Below, in pieces: positions 26,912 through 36,167 of a stretch of 64,000 nucleotides of DNA. Below the pieces are notes generated by a model. That model ran no database searches and was not told the DNA's origin. It saw only the letters and a program-made list of their open reading frames with translations. The number at the start of each line of letters is the position of its first letter. Position 1 is the stretch's first letter. A program made the position numbers and the translations under genes. Source of the DNA: Parcubacteria group bacterium (lineage in GTDB: Bacteria > Patescibacteriota > Patescibacteriia > UBA2169); assembly GCA_016181765.1 (NCBI GenBank), contig JACOYR010000006.1:31664-95663 (forward strand), in the 5' to 3' direction.

Positions 26912-27340
26912 ATGAAATACGCCGCTCTAATATCACTATTCTTGGCAACCCTGTCTATAACTCTGTTTTCTTTTCAAGTCGTGGCTCATGCCCAAAATAC
27001 TGATACCAAACTCGCGAGCGCGGTTGGCGATGCCCGTGGAAAACTCAATGCCATTGGCTCAATCACAGGCTTGGGACGGGTTGACGTTTCAACTGACGCT
27101 GGTCTGTACGAAAAAATCGCGGCAGTCATCAATATCCTGCTCGGGTTTGCGGGCGTAATTGCGACCATCTATATAATTGTTGCGGGAATCCAGTGGATTA
27201 CGGCAAGCGGCAATGAGGAACAGGTTACCGAAGCGCGCGGAAACATAAGGAACGCGGTCATCGGCTTGGTGGTTATATTCCTCGCGTTTGTCATCACCAA
27301 TTTCGTCACCAAATCACTCATTGACGTAATCGGCGGCTGA
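26912..27340 (+). CDS. pilin-like protein P7
   Basis: Core INILLGFAGVIATIYIIVAGIQWITASGNEEQVTEARGNIRNAVIGLVVIFLAFVITNFV. Confidence 0.65.
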   Translation: MKYAALISLFLATLSITLFSFQVVAHAQNTDTKLASAVGDARGKLNAIGSITGLGRVDVSTDAGLYEKIAAVINILLGFAGVIATIYIIVAGIQWITASGNEEQVTEARGNIRNAVIGLVVIFLAFVITNFVTKSLIDVIGG

Positions 27341-27356
27341 CGCTAAAAACTTCCCT

Positions 27357-27989
27357 ATGAAAATCTTTCTCACAGCCATTGCCTTAACAGGCCTCCTCGC
27401 AGCCGCGGCTCCGGCGCACGCGGTATCCGGCGTCAACCAGCTCAAGAACAACCTCGGCATCATCGGAACCGAAACCGGGCTCGGCACCCAAGGGGACTCA
27501 AGTCTTCCGGAAAAAATCGCGGCAATTGTGAACATAGCGCTCGGGTTTGTAGCGCTCATCGGGGTGATCATGATCATCTACGCGGGCTTTAAGTGGATGA
27601 CAGCCGGCGGCAACGAGGAGCAAATAAAAGAAGCCAAAGGCCATATCCGCAATGCGGTCATCGGCATTGTCATTATTATGCTCGCGTTCGTAATTGTCAA
27701 TTTTACCGTGAACAAGCTCTCGGAAACCGTGGGTGTGGGCGAGGGCGGAGGAGGAGGGGGAAACGTCATCAGCGGACTTTGTGAATTTGATGTTGGCGGC
27801 GGGCTTATGTTCTGCGTACCTCGGTCAGAATCAGAGTGCCAAACCCTTGGGGGAACCTATAACGCGCAGTGCGAAAAGCAGACTTACTGCAGGTGCGCAA
27901 GCGGATGCGGGGCAAACAACTGCCTTATTATGACCGAAAATGCATGCGAAAGGAAGAGTGGAGCGCTTAGCGACGCGCCCTGTAATTGA
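27357..27989 (+). CDS. pilin-like protein P8 with Gly-rich linker and 10-Cys C-terminal module
   Basis: Core IVNIALGFVALIGVIMIIYAGFKWMTAGGNEEQIKEAKGHIRNAVIGIVIIMLAFVIVNF; GEGGGGGGN linker; CEFDVGGGLMFCVPRSESECQTLGGTYNAQCEKQTYCRCASGCGANNCLIMTENACE. Confidence 0.65.
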   Translation: MKIFLTAIALTGLLAAAAPAHAVSGVNQLKNNLGIIGTETGLGTQGDSSLPEKIAAIVNIALGFVALIGVIMIIYAGFKWMTAGGNEEQIKEAKGHIRNAVIGIVIIMLAFVIVNFTVNKLSETVGVGEGGGGGGNVISGLCEFDVGGGLMFCVPRSESECQTLGGTYNAQCEKQTYCRCASGCGANNCLIMTENACERKSGALSDAPCN

Positions 27990-27994
27990 GTAGC

Positions 27995-28043
27995 AATGCG
28001 TCAAAAACAGCCCGCCCCCAAGGTGGGCTGTTTTTGAGCGTTT
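27995..28043. terminator. bidirectional rho-independent terminator closing the pilin operon
   Basis: aaaaacagcccgcc-cccaa-ggtgggctgtttttgagcg. Confidence 0.5.
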
Positions 28044-28098
28044 TGACTTTTGTATACACATTGTGTATACTGACCGCATCATCAATCACATCAATCCC

Positions 28099-28431
28099 AT
28101 GATTAAAGACACCACCATCAACATCAGGACAAACGCCAAAATCAAAAAACGAGTAGCCCAAAAAGCGCGCGAGCGAGGCCTTACGCTTTCGGGACTCACG
28201 AATCTGTTCTTCCAGAATTTTGTGCAGAACGAACAAACGCTCATAGACAAGCTTGAGGAGCGCATGTTTGATAACGCCCTGCAGTCAGCGCCCATTAGAG
28301 AGAAGCTTACCCGATCGGATAGCGCGCTGGAAAAAAGACTCGCTGAAGACGCAAAAGATTTGGCGCGGATGCATTTTGATGATCTGCCGTCTGAAGACGA
28401 ATGGGTTGCCATACAGCCATCCATCAATTAA
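28099..28431 (+). CDS. ribbon-helix-helix antitoxin (RelB/DinJ/ParD-like)
   Basis: INIRTNAKIKKRVAQKARERGLTLSGLTNLFFQNFV RHH pattern; upstream of MazF-like gene; ORF-track start 28063 is actually the TGTATACT box. Confidence 0.5.
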   Translation: MIKDTTINIRTNAKIKKRVAQKARERGLTLSGLTNLFFQNFVQNEQTLIDKLEERMFDNALQSAPIREKLTRSDSALEKRLAEDAKDLARMHFDDLPSEDEWVAIQPSIN

Positions 28432-28434
28432 CCT

Positions 28435-28773
28435 ATGGATTTCCACCAAGGCGACATAGCGCTCGCAAACCTCAATCCGACCAGAGGGCACGAGCAAGCG
28501 GGCTTTAGGCCTGTGTTGATCATGCAAGCCAACATCCTCAACAAGCACCTAAGCACGGTCATCATAGCGCCAATCACCACAAATCTTGGTGCCCGAGGAA
28601 AGCTTACCACCTATCTCCTAGCTAAGGATGTATCAGGGCTTGACTATGATTCGGTCGTGCTCGTCCATCAAATACGCGCGCTTGACAAACAGCGATTAGA
28701 GAAAAAAATAACGAGCATATCTCACGATGAATTCCAAAAGATAAGAGAGAAACTGCTGTTTGTGTTCGGTTGA
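28435..28773 (+). CDS. MazF/PemK family endoribonuclease toxin
   Basis: GDIALANLNPTRGHEQAGFRPVLIMQANILNKHLSTVIIAPITTN...VVLVHQIRALDKQRL. Confidence 0.75.
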   Translation: MDFHQGDIALANLNPTRGHEQAGFRPVLIMQANILNKHLSTVIIAPITTNLGARGKLTTYLLAKDVSGLDYDSVVLVHQIRALDKQRLEKKITSISHDEFQKIREKLLFVFG

Positions 28774-28804
28774 TTTTTTTGCGCTTTTCTGATACCATAA
28801 CCCT

Positions 28805-29341
28805 ATGTCAGGCCACTCAAAATGGCACTCAATCAAGCACCAAAAAGCGGCGGCTGACGCCAAAAAGGGCGCTGCTTTTACGCGCGTCTCCCGCAATATC
28901 ACCATTGCGGCGCGCGAGCGCGGAGGAGACCCGGAAACCAACGCCAAGCTGCGGCTGGCCATAGACCAGGCCCGCAACGTGAACATGCCCAAAGACAACA
29001 TCCAGCGCGCCATTGACCGCGGAACCGGCACGGGCAGCGAGTCACAGCTCACCGAAACTCTGTACGAGGGCTATGGCCCTGCCGGGGTCGCGCTCATCGT
29101 CAAGGTGGTTACGGACAACACCAACCGCGCGGTATCTGATTTGCGGCACATTTTGAACAAGCACGGCGGGACGCTTGGAAAATCGGGATCAGTGATGTGG
29201 AACTTTGAGTTCAAAAACGGCGAGTACGTTCCCAGGAGCACGATTGCGCTTGATGCGGAAGCCAAGGAAAAATTTGAGGCGTTCGCTGGCGCGCTCGGAG
29301 AGCTGGAAGACATAAACGACTTCTACGACAATGCGGTATGA
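28805..29341 (+). CDS. yebC: YebC/PmpR family probable transcriptional regulator (short form, 178 aa)
   Basis: MSGHSKWHSIKHQKAAADAKKGAAFTRVSRNITIAARERGGDPETNAKLRLAIDQAR; conserved synteny with ruvC. Confidence 0.75.
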   Translation: MSGHSKWHSIKHQKAAADAKKGAAFTRVSRNITIAARERGGDPETNAKLRLAIDQARNVNMPKDNIQRAIDRGTGTGSESQLTETLYEGYGPAGVALIVKVVTDNTNRAVSDLRHILNKHGGTLGKSGSVMWNFEFKNGEYVPRSTIALDAEAKEKFEAFAGALGELEDINDFYDNAV

Positions 29342-29826
29342 TTATCCTTGGCATAGACCCAGGAATAGCTGACACCGGATTTGGAGTAATCAAAAAAACG
29401 AACGACTCGTTTCGCGCCCAAGCTTTTGGGACTATTGCCACGCGGAAAACAGACGCATTGACGGACCGGCTGAAGGAACTCTTTGATGGGATACAGGGGC
29501 TCATCAAAAAATACAAGCCAGAGCGCATTGCCGTGGAACAGCTTTTTTTTGCCAAGAACGCCAAAACCGCGATTACCGTGGCGCACGGCCGAGGAGTCAT
29601 CCTGCTCGCGGCAAAGAGCGCGGGATGCGAAGTCCGGGAGTACACCCCCCTGCAGGTAAAACAGGCCATCACCGGCTATGGCGCGGCGAGCAAATCGCAA
29701 ATCCAGCGCATGGTAAAAACCATTCTCGCGCTCAAAACAATTCCCCGGCCCGATGATGCGGCAGATGCGCTCGCTATTGCCATTTGCGCGGGGCAAACAA
29801 ACCATTCGTTGTCATTGCGAGCATAA
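29338..29826 (+). CDS. ruvC: crossover junction endodeoxyribonuclease RuvC
   Basis: MIILGIDPGIADTGFGVI...; ATGA overlap with yebC. Confidence 0.85.
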   Translation: MIILGIDPGIADTGFGVIKKTNDSFRAQAFGTIATRKTDALTDRLKELFDGIQGLIKKYKPERIAVEQLFFAKNAKTAITVAHGRGVILLAAKSAGCEVREYTPLQVKQAITGYGAASKSQIQRMVKTILALKTIPRPDDAADALAIAICAGQTNHSLSLRA

Positions 29827-29886
29827 GCGAAGCAATCCCGTGAACGACGAAATTGCCGCGGGAGCTATCGCTCCCTCGCAATGACA

Positions 29887-31074
29887 TTATGAAATTTCCG
29901 CGAACCTGCGCTTGCCCACTTGGATGATGGCGCCCTTGTTGACGTCAATTTTCGCCTTCCAGTCGCTTACCAGCGCATCGTCCACCCGCACGCCGCCCTG
30001 CTCAATGAGGCGCTTTGCTTCTGACCGGGATTGCGCAAGCCCCAGTGCAACAAGCAATTCGTCCGCTTGTTTTTGTTTGCCGGAAACCTTCTTTTTTGGG
30101 ATGTCCGAGGGCAAGGCGCCGGACCGAAACACTGCATTGAATTCTTTCTCCGCAGCCTGTGCCGCTTTGGCGCCATGGTACATCCCAACGATTTCAAGCG
30201 CGAGGCGCGCTTTTGCGTCGCGCGGATTTTCGCCTTTCTTGAGTTCGCGCTCAATCTGCCGAATAGCATCCAAAGGCACATCCGTGCATAATTCAAAATA
30301 GGTGACGATAAGCCCGTCCGAAAGCGACATGATTTTTCCGTACATGTCAGCGGGCTCGTCATCCAAGTAGACGCAGTTATCATACGTCTTGCTCATCAAT
30401 CTTCCGTCTGTGCCTTCGATGAGAGGTGTGGTCAAGACGCATTTGTCGCGCTTGCCGAATGCTTTCTGCATCGTCCGGCCCGCAAGCATGTTAAATTCCT
30501 GATCCGTCCCGCCGATTTCGAAATCGACATCCAATACGACGGAGTCGTAGCCCACCATCATCGGATACAAAAACTCATGGATGCCGAGCGGATTGCCTTT
30601 TTTTATTCTACACTCGAATGCGTCCCGTTGTTCCATCTGCTGCACGGTGAAGAGGCTCGCATGTTTCATGATGTCTTCGTACGTGAGCTTCTCCAGCCAT
30701 TCATGATTATAGCGCACGTCGATTTTTGAAAAATCGAGAACTTTCGCCGCTTGCTTCTTGTATGTCTCAAAGTTCGATTGCACTTGCTCTCTGGTGAGTG
30801 GTTTGCGCATGGCGTCTTTGTCCGACGGGTCCCCGAGCATGGCTGTGAAGCTTCCGATGATCAGAATGGCTTCGTGGCCCGCGTCCGCAAACTGCATCAA
30901 TTTCCGCATTGGAATCGTATGGCCGAGGTGCATGCGCGTTCCCGTGGGATCGATACCCCAATACACGCGAAGCTTCCTGCCGGATGCGAGCTTTTCCTCG
31001 GCAAGATTCTGCGGGATCGCTTTCGCGACGCCTCGGGTGAGGAGTTCGTAAGTTTTTGCTTGCTTTTTTGCCAT
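29887..31074 (-). CDS. tyrS: tyrosyl-tRNA synthetase
   Basis: HIGH-type motif (HLGH in GIDPTGTRMHLGHT), KMSKS-type (RLMSKT), C-terminal S4-like domain. Confidence 0.85.
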   Translation of the reverse strand: MAKKQAKTYELLTRGVAKAIPQNLAEEKLASGRKLRVYWGIDPTGTRMHLGHTIPMRKLMQFADAGHEAILIIGSFTAMLGDPSDKDAMRKPLTREQVQSNFETYKKQAAKVLDFSKIDVRYNHEWLEKLTYEDIMKHASLFTVQQMEQRDAFECRIKKGNPLGIHEFLYPMMVGYDSVVLDVDFEIGGTDQEFNMLAGRTMQKAFGKRDKCVLTTPLIEGTDGRLMSKTYDNCVYLDDEPADMYGKIMSLSDGLIVTYFELCTDVPLDAIRQIERELKKGENPRDAKARLALEIVGMYHGAKAAQAAEKEFNAVFRSGALPSDIPKKKVSGKQKQADELLVALGLAQSRSEAKRLIEQGGVRVDDALVSDWKAKIDVNKGAIIQVGKRRFAEIS

Positions 31075-31137
31075 AAAATAAGTATGGTATAGGTACCACT
31101 GATGGATTCATTTTAGCAAAATAATTGGAATAACACT

Positions 31138-31617
31138 ATGGTCAGAGAGTCAATGCCGCACCATAATCCAGAGACAGAACCAGAGAGCGCTGTGCGGTCT
31201 GAAGTGCTGGAGAGCGTCAAACAAACCCTGCTCAAACAGCTTCCATCCGAACTTCAAGAACACTGGAAAGATGCATCTATCAAACAAATCAGTGAAGTGC
31301 TTGATGCGCGGAAAGAAGAAGGCTACGAGGCATTTCGCGGCTACCATACTTCGGATATTGACCTGAATGTGGGCGACTTTTTACGGCCCGGAAGCGACGG
31401 CACAATCCACTATACCGCCTCGCCGGATACATTATACGGAAAAAAAGCAAAGTACCTATACACCGTTGAAGGGTCAAACACCGACCAAGTCAACGACGAA
31501 GCGCTTGGATGGCATCAATCACACGCCCCTCTCAAAATTATTGCTAAAATAGATTTAACACAGGACACTCCCGAGACAATAGGAGCGTCTTTCGCAGACG
31601 TTGAGTACTCCGGATAA
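31138..31617 (+). CDS. hypothetical protein
   Basis: 159-aa ORF with local codon usage; no recognisable motifs. Confidence 0.4.
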   Translation: MVRESMPHHNPETEPESAVRSEVLESVKQTLLKQLPSELQEHWKDASIKQISEVLDARKEEGYEAFRGYHTSDIDLNVGDFLRPGSDGTIHYTASPDTLYGKKAKYLYTVEGSNTDQVNDEALGWHQSHAPLKIIAKIDLTQDTPETIGASFADVEYSG

Positions 31618-31622
31618 ACCTC

Positions 31623-34550
31623 ATGCCCATTCCGCATTTCAAACACAGCCGCTCCTGGGGCGACCAGAACAGCCGCCCCCGGTATTCCCAGCGACGCATC
31701 CAACAGAACAAGCTCGGAGGTACACCGGCTAGAAGAATGCCCAGCTTTAAGCGCGGCAACGTAAAAGCAATCATCGCATTCCTCATCCCCTATGCCCTCA
31801 TTGCCGCGGCCCTGGGCATCCTTTTTGTGCTGGCACTGTTTGCGTGGTACTCGCGAAACCTGCCCACCCCGGACAAAATTATTGACAGATCAGTCGCCCA
31901 AAGTACTAAAATTTACGATTCTACAGGGGAGCACGTCCTGTTTGAAGCGTTTGACACCCAGCGCCGCACCATCATCCCCCTTGAGCAGATCCCGGAGCAC
32001 GTACGGAAAGGGACTATCCTGATTGAAGACAAAAACTTCTACCTCCACAAAGGGTTTGACACCAAGGGCATCCTGCGCGCGGTCGTTAAAAACCTCGCAT
32101 GCTTGTGCAAGGCAGAGGGCGGCTCAACGCTCACCCAGCAACTCATCAAGAACGCCATCCTGACGAACGAAAAAGCGTTCTCCCGCAAGATCAAGGAGTT
32201 CGTGCTCGCGTACCAGATTGAGCGCAAGTTTGACAAAGACCAGATCCTCCAGCTCTACTTCAACGAAATCCCCTACGGCTCAAGCGCGTACGGCATTGAG
32301 TCCGCGAGCCAGTTCTACCTGGGCAAGAGCGCCAAAGATCTCACAGTCGCGGAAGGCGCGTACCTGGCGGCGCTGCCGCGGGCGCCCACGTACTACTCCC
32401 CGTACGGCTCGCATTTGGAGGATTTGAAAAACCGGAAAAACCACATCATCAGCCTGCTCTTGGATGCCGGGGACCTCGCCGAGGAAGAGGCCCAGGCCGC
32501 GCAAAATGAGGAGGTCGTGTTCGCCGAAAAATCAAACCTCTTAAACCGCGCCCCGCACTTCGTGATCGGGGTGCGCGAAGAGTTGGCCTCCAAGTACGGG
32601 GAGCGGGAGGTTGAGCAGGGAGGCCTCAAGGTGACTACTACCCTTGATTGGGACATGCAGCAGCAAGCCGAAGCCGCGGTCGCGGAATTTGCCGAACGGA
32701 ACGCGGAACAATACAACGCCACGAACGCGTCCCTGGTTGCGCTTGACCCAAAAACCGGGCACATCCTTGCCATGGTCGGCTCCCGCGACTACTTTAACGA
32801 AGAGATTGACGGCAACTTCAACGTGGCAACCCAGGGGGCGCGCCAGCCCGGCTCCTCCTTTAAGCCGTTCGTGTATGCGGCTGGGTTTGAGAAAGGCTAC
32901 ACCGATAAAACCACGCTCTGGGACGTGGTGACCGAATTCGGCAGAGGCGCGGACGGGAGGGAATACGTGCCCCACAACTATGACCTCAAAGAGCACGGCC
33001 CGCTATCCGTAAGAGCCGCGCTCCAGGGCTCCATCAACATTCCGGCAGTCAAAATGCTCTATTTGGTCGGGCCCGGAAACGTGATTAAAAAAGCCGAAGA
33101 AATCGGGTACACCACGTTTGAAGACCCGGATCGCTATGGGCTCTCGTTGGTCTTGGGAGGCGCCGAGGTAAGGCTCATTGAGCACACGCAGGCGTATGCC
33201 ATGCTCGCGAACGGCGGGATCGCAAAACCCGCGGTCTCCATACTCAAAGTGGAAGACGCACGCGGCAAAGTGCTCCAGGAGCACGAGGAAGAAGAGGGAA
33301 CGCGCGTTATGGGCGAACAGGTGGTGCGGCTCTTATCTGACGTGCTCTCGGACAATGATGCGCGCGCGTACGTGTTCGGCGCGAGCAACTACCTCACCCT
33401 CGGAGGGCGCCCGGTTGCCGCAAAAACCGGGACCACCAATGACTACCGGGACGCGTGGACCTTGGGCTACACGCCGAGCCTTGCGGCAGGGGTCTGGGTC
33501 GGCAACAGCGACTTCTCCGAAATGAAGCGCGGGGCGGACGGGTCCGTGGTTGCGGCCCCCATCTGGAACCGGTTCATGCGCGCAGCGCTTGAGGGCAGGC
33601 CCATTGAATACTTCCCCAAGCCGGAGATTGAGTACCCAAACAAGCCGGTGTTGCGTGGGGACCTTGAGGGCGGCACCCCGGTCCGCATTGACCGCGCAAG
33701 CGGCTTGCTCGCAACCGAGATGACTCCTGAATCCTTTATTGAAGAAAAAATATTCCGCACCGGCCACTCCATCCTGTACTACGTTGACCCGGAGGACCCG
33801 CTTGGGCCAACTCCCTCCGAGGGCGACCGGGACCCTGCCTACCCCAAGTGGGAAGTCGCGGTGGAGCGCTGGATGGCGGAGAATGATTGGAAAGCTGATG
33901 AAGGTTCTATTCCGACCGAATATGACAACCTGCACGTGTTTGAAAATAAGCCCTCAATTTCAATTATTGAGCCAAGCGACGGCCAGACCGTAAGCGGGGA
34001 CATCATCTTTTTCCGCGTTGAGGCTTCGGCTCCGCGCGGCATCTCGCGCGTGGAGTTCTATGTTGATAATGAGCTGGTTGCCGAAAGCCGGAGCGCGCCG
34101 TACACCGGGCGCTACATCCCGAACCCTTCAGTTGCGAACGGCTTCCACGCGTTGCGGGCCGTCGCGTATGATGACATTGACAACAGCGAAAGCGTGTCCG
34201 CAAACTTCAACCTGCTCCTGCAAAAGACTGCCTTGTCCGCGAGCTGGACCGCGCCAAAGAGCAATGCCGTATTCAGCGAGTTTGATTTCCCGGTTGCCAT
34301 TGAGCTCACTCTTCCGGGCGCTGACATTGCCCAAGTGGAGCTCTTTGCCGCGCCCAAAGCAAAACCGAGCCAGTACGCGCTCATCAGCACACTCTCCCCG
34401 AACAGCACAACCGTTAAAACCACCTGGGACGCCATACCGCCGCTCGGCGGGGACTACGAAATCTATGCCGTGCTCTGGGACAGCCAAAACACCCCGCACC
34501 GCGTGGCCGGGGTGGATGTTGTGGTTGACGTGCCGGAGGGCGTTGAATAA
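31623..34550 (+). CDS. class A penicillin-binding protein (transglycosylase + transpeptidase) with about 300-aa C-terminal extension; alternative start 31737
   Basis: GT51 motifs (EDKNFYLHKGFD, GGSTLTQQL); TP motifs SSFK, SIN, KTGTT. Confidence 0.85.
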   Translation: MPIPHFKHSRSWGDQNSRPRYSQRRIQQNKLGGTPARRMPSFKRGNVKAIIAFLIPYALIAAALGILFVLALFAWYSRNLPTPDKIIDRSVAQSTKIYDSTGEHVLFEAFDTQRRTIIPLEQIPEHVRKGTILIEDKNFYLHKGFDTKGILRAVVKNLACLCKAEGGSTLTQQLIKNAILTNEKAFSRKIKEFVLAYQIERKFDKDQILQLYFNEIPYGSSAYGIESASQFYLGKSAKDLTVAEGAYLAALPRAPTYYSPYGSHLEDLKNRKNHIISLLLDAGDLAEEEAQAAQNEEVVFAEKSNLLNRAPHFVIGVREELASKYGEREVEQGGLKVTTTLDWDMQQQAEAAVAEFAERNAEQYNATNASLVALDPKTGHILAMVGSRDYFNEEIDGNFNVATQGARQPGSSFKPFVYAAGFEKGYTDKTTLWDVVTEFGRGADGREYVPHNYDLKEHGPLSVRAALQGSINIPAVKMLYLVGPGNVIKKAEEIGYTTFEDPDRYGLSLVLGGAEVRLIEHTQAYAMLANGGIAKPAVSILKVEDARGKVLQEHEEEEGTRVMGEQVVRLLSDVLSDNDARAYVFGASNYLTLGGRPVAAKTGTTNDYRDAWTLGYTPSLAAGVWVGNSDFSEMKRGADGSVVAAPIWNRFMRAALEGRPIEYFPKPEIEYPNKPVLRGDLEGGTPVRIDRASGLLATEMTPESFIEEKIFRTGHSILYYVDPEDPLGPTPSEGDRDPAYPKWEVAVERWMAENDWKADEGSIPTEYDNLHVFENKPSISIIEPSDGQTVSGDIIFFRVEASAPRGISRVEFYVDNELVAESRSAPYTGRYIPNPSVANGFHALRAVAYDDIDNSESVSANFNLLLQKTALSASWTAPKSNAVFSEFDFPVAIELTLPGADIAQVELFAAPKAKPSQYALISTLSPNSTTVKTTWDAIPPLGGDYEIYAVLWDSQNTPHRVAGVDVVVDVPEGVE

Positions 34551-34562
34551 CAATGCCAAACG

Positions 34563-34571
34563 TGATATACT
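34563..34571 (+). promoter_or_regulatory. TGATATACT box 9 nt upstream of ATG 34581
   Basis: seen in sequence. Confidence 0.35.
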
Positions 34572-34580
34572 CTTCTTACT

Positions 34581-34835
34581 ATGCCTCCGGTCACCACAAG
34601 AGCAACCTATAAAGAAAAAGAGGGAATTATCGTGCCCGACACAAAGCCGGACTTTGAGCTCGGAAATGTTACTGTCACCTACTTTCCGAAAAGAGGGGCC
34701 AACAGAGGATTAGCCGAAGCCGCGAAAAGGACATTCGGGGCGTGGGGAAACGAAAAAGAAACCGGCATTGAATACGAAAACAAAATAAGAGAAGAAGCCG
34801 AACAGCATTTCAAAGATGCATGGGGGAATACCTAG
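34581..34835 (+). CDS. putative antitoxin partner of VapC (84 aa)
   Basis: Small ORF overlapping VapC start by 16 nt. Confidence 0.45.
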   Translation: MPPVTTRATYKEKEGIIVPDTKPDFELGNVTVTYFPKRGANRGLAEAAKRTFGAWGNEKETGIEYENKIREEAEQHFKDAWGNT

Positions 34836-35203
34836 CAGACTCAAACATATTCATCGATCACTTGAGGCGCCACGCCTCAATGGAGCCGTTTATGGCGCGG
34901 GCGGAGCAGGAGGGCTATGGTTTGCATATCTCAACCTTAACACTGGCTGAAATTGAATCCGGGCAATCAATGAACAGCCTCACTAACCGGCAAGAGGCGA
35001 ACTTTTTGCTTTCAAAGTTTGAAACTATAGCCGTTAATGATGGCATCGCGCAACGCGCGGGAGAGATGCGCCGAATATACGGAATTGAAATTATTGATGC
35101 TCTCATAGCGGCAACCGCACTCTCGGTCAACGCAACGCTCGTAACAAGAAACATCAAGCACTTTGAGGGAATTCCGGAGCTTGAAATCAAAACCCTCGCC
35201 TGA
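34820..35203 (+). CDS. vapC: PIN-domain toxin VapC
   Basis: LADSNIFIDHL ... IIDALIAATALSVNATLVTRNIKHF. Confidence 0.8.
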   Translation: MGEYLADSNIFIDHLRRHASMEPFMARAEQEGYGLHISTLTLAEIESGQSMNSLTNRQEANFLLSKFETIAVNDGIAQRAGEMRRIYGIEIIDALIAATALSVNATLVTRNIKHFEGIPELEIKTLA

Positions 35204-35325
35204 CGAGACAAAAAGAAGACCCCAGGCTCATGCAGAACCCGGGGTTGTGTTGCAAGTTGAGCCCGTAGCGCTCAACTTGATGAAAGAACTCTTGCGTGGC
35301 TGCGGCACGCAGGCGATGCGGCTGG

Positions 35326-35607
35326 CTAGGCCGCGACGCCGCGAGCGGCCCGGCGGGCGCGATCGGAAGCGCAAATGAGCACACTTCCGAATTCACTGAC
35401 GGTCATGTCCTTGGACACGACCGTCCCCGCGGTGCGCGGGCCGCTCGCATTGTAGACGAGGGCCTCGTCGTACTTGCCCCCGAGGTTTTGTGGGATCTCG
35501 AGGAGAGCTTCTCCCTCGGACGAGCACTCTTCACAGAACTCCCACCCGTCCGACGTATTTGCCGTGTCTGGACCACGGCATACCATGATCCATGTGGCTG
35601 CGGCCAT
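35326..35607 (-). CDS. small Cys-containing hypothetical protein (93 aa)
   Basis: Perfect SD aggagg 5 nt before ATG; inverted repeat caagttgagc/gctcaacttg downstream at 35249-35278. Confidence 0.4.
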   Translation of the reverse strand: MAAATWIMVCRGPDTANTSDGWEFCEECSSEGEALLEIPQNLGGKYDEALVYNASGPRTAGTVVSKDMTVSEFGSVLICASDRARRAARGVAA

Positions 35608-35873
35608 TGCGGCCTCCTGTAGGTTATCTCCGTGGAATTACTGAGACATGCTTTACGCCCTCAAGCGGGCAGAACTGCGGTTGGCCGGAGTTTCCAGCCA
35701 TCATCCTGCAAGCCAGTATTAGACTAGCAAAATGATAGCTGGAATGTAAAGGTAAGGTACTTTTTTGGTGTTTACTATAATATCATTATACCACATCTAA
35801 AAAATCTTGTCAATAGCACAAAAACGCCCTATTTCATAGAGTTGCCATATTTTAACTAATATTAGCAAAACTA

Positions 35874-36164
35874 TCAAACCATAAACCGCAATTCGCTGAC
35901 ACGGCCGCTCCCAAAGCGCTCTTTGAGCGCGGCGATAATATCCTGCTCGCACATTTTGAGCTCGTTTGAGACGGAATTGGAAAGAACCGCAACCCACAGG
36001 CAGCGGTCTTTTACGTAGACAGCACGGCACTTGCTCGCCGCCTCGCCCAGAACGTGCTTGGCAATTGCGTCAAACTCCTCGCACACGAGCGCATCGGAAA
36101 CCGCGCGGGAAATGCCCGCCTTGCGCAATGATTTTGGGACAAGATTGCCGACAGGTTCCCACAT
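35874..36164 (-). CDS. DUF721/DciA-like small protein downstream of dnaN
   Basis: 96 aa; 4 nt after dnaN stop; size and position match DciA-type proteins. Confidence 0.45.
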   Translation of the reverse strand: MWEPVGNLVPKSLRKAGISRAVSDALVCEEFDAIAKHVLGEAASKCRAVYVKDRCLWVAVLSNSVSNELKMCEQDIIAALKERFGSGRVSELRFMV

Positions 36165-36167
36165 GGA

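Noticed and set aside
23738-27989. Repeated about 180-nt conserved blocks could be mistaken for a CRISPR-like or tandem DNA repeat
   Set aside because: The blocks are the coding regions for a conserved two-TM protein core. Spacers are unequal (350-700 bp), coding and on one strand; there are no short palindromic repeats and no cas genes
28063-28098. ORF-track start ATG at 28063 for the antitoxin
   Set aside because: atgtatact is the TGTGTATACT promoter box itself. The first in-frame Met with protein-like sequence is 28099
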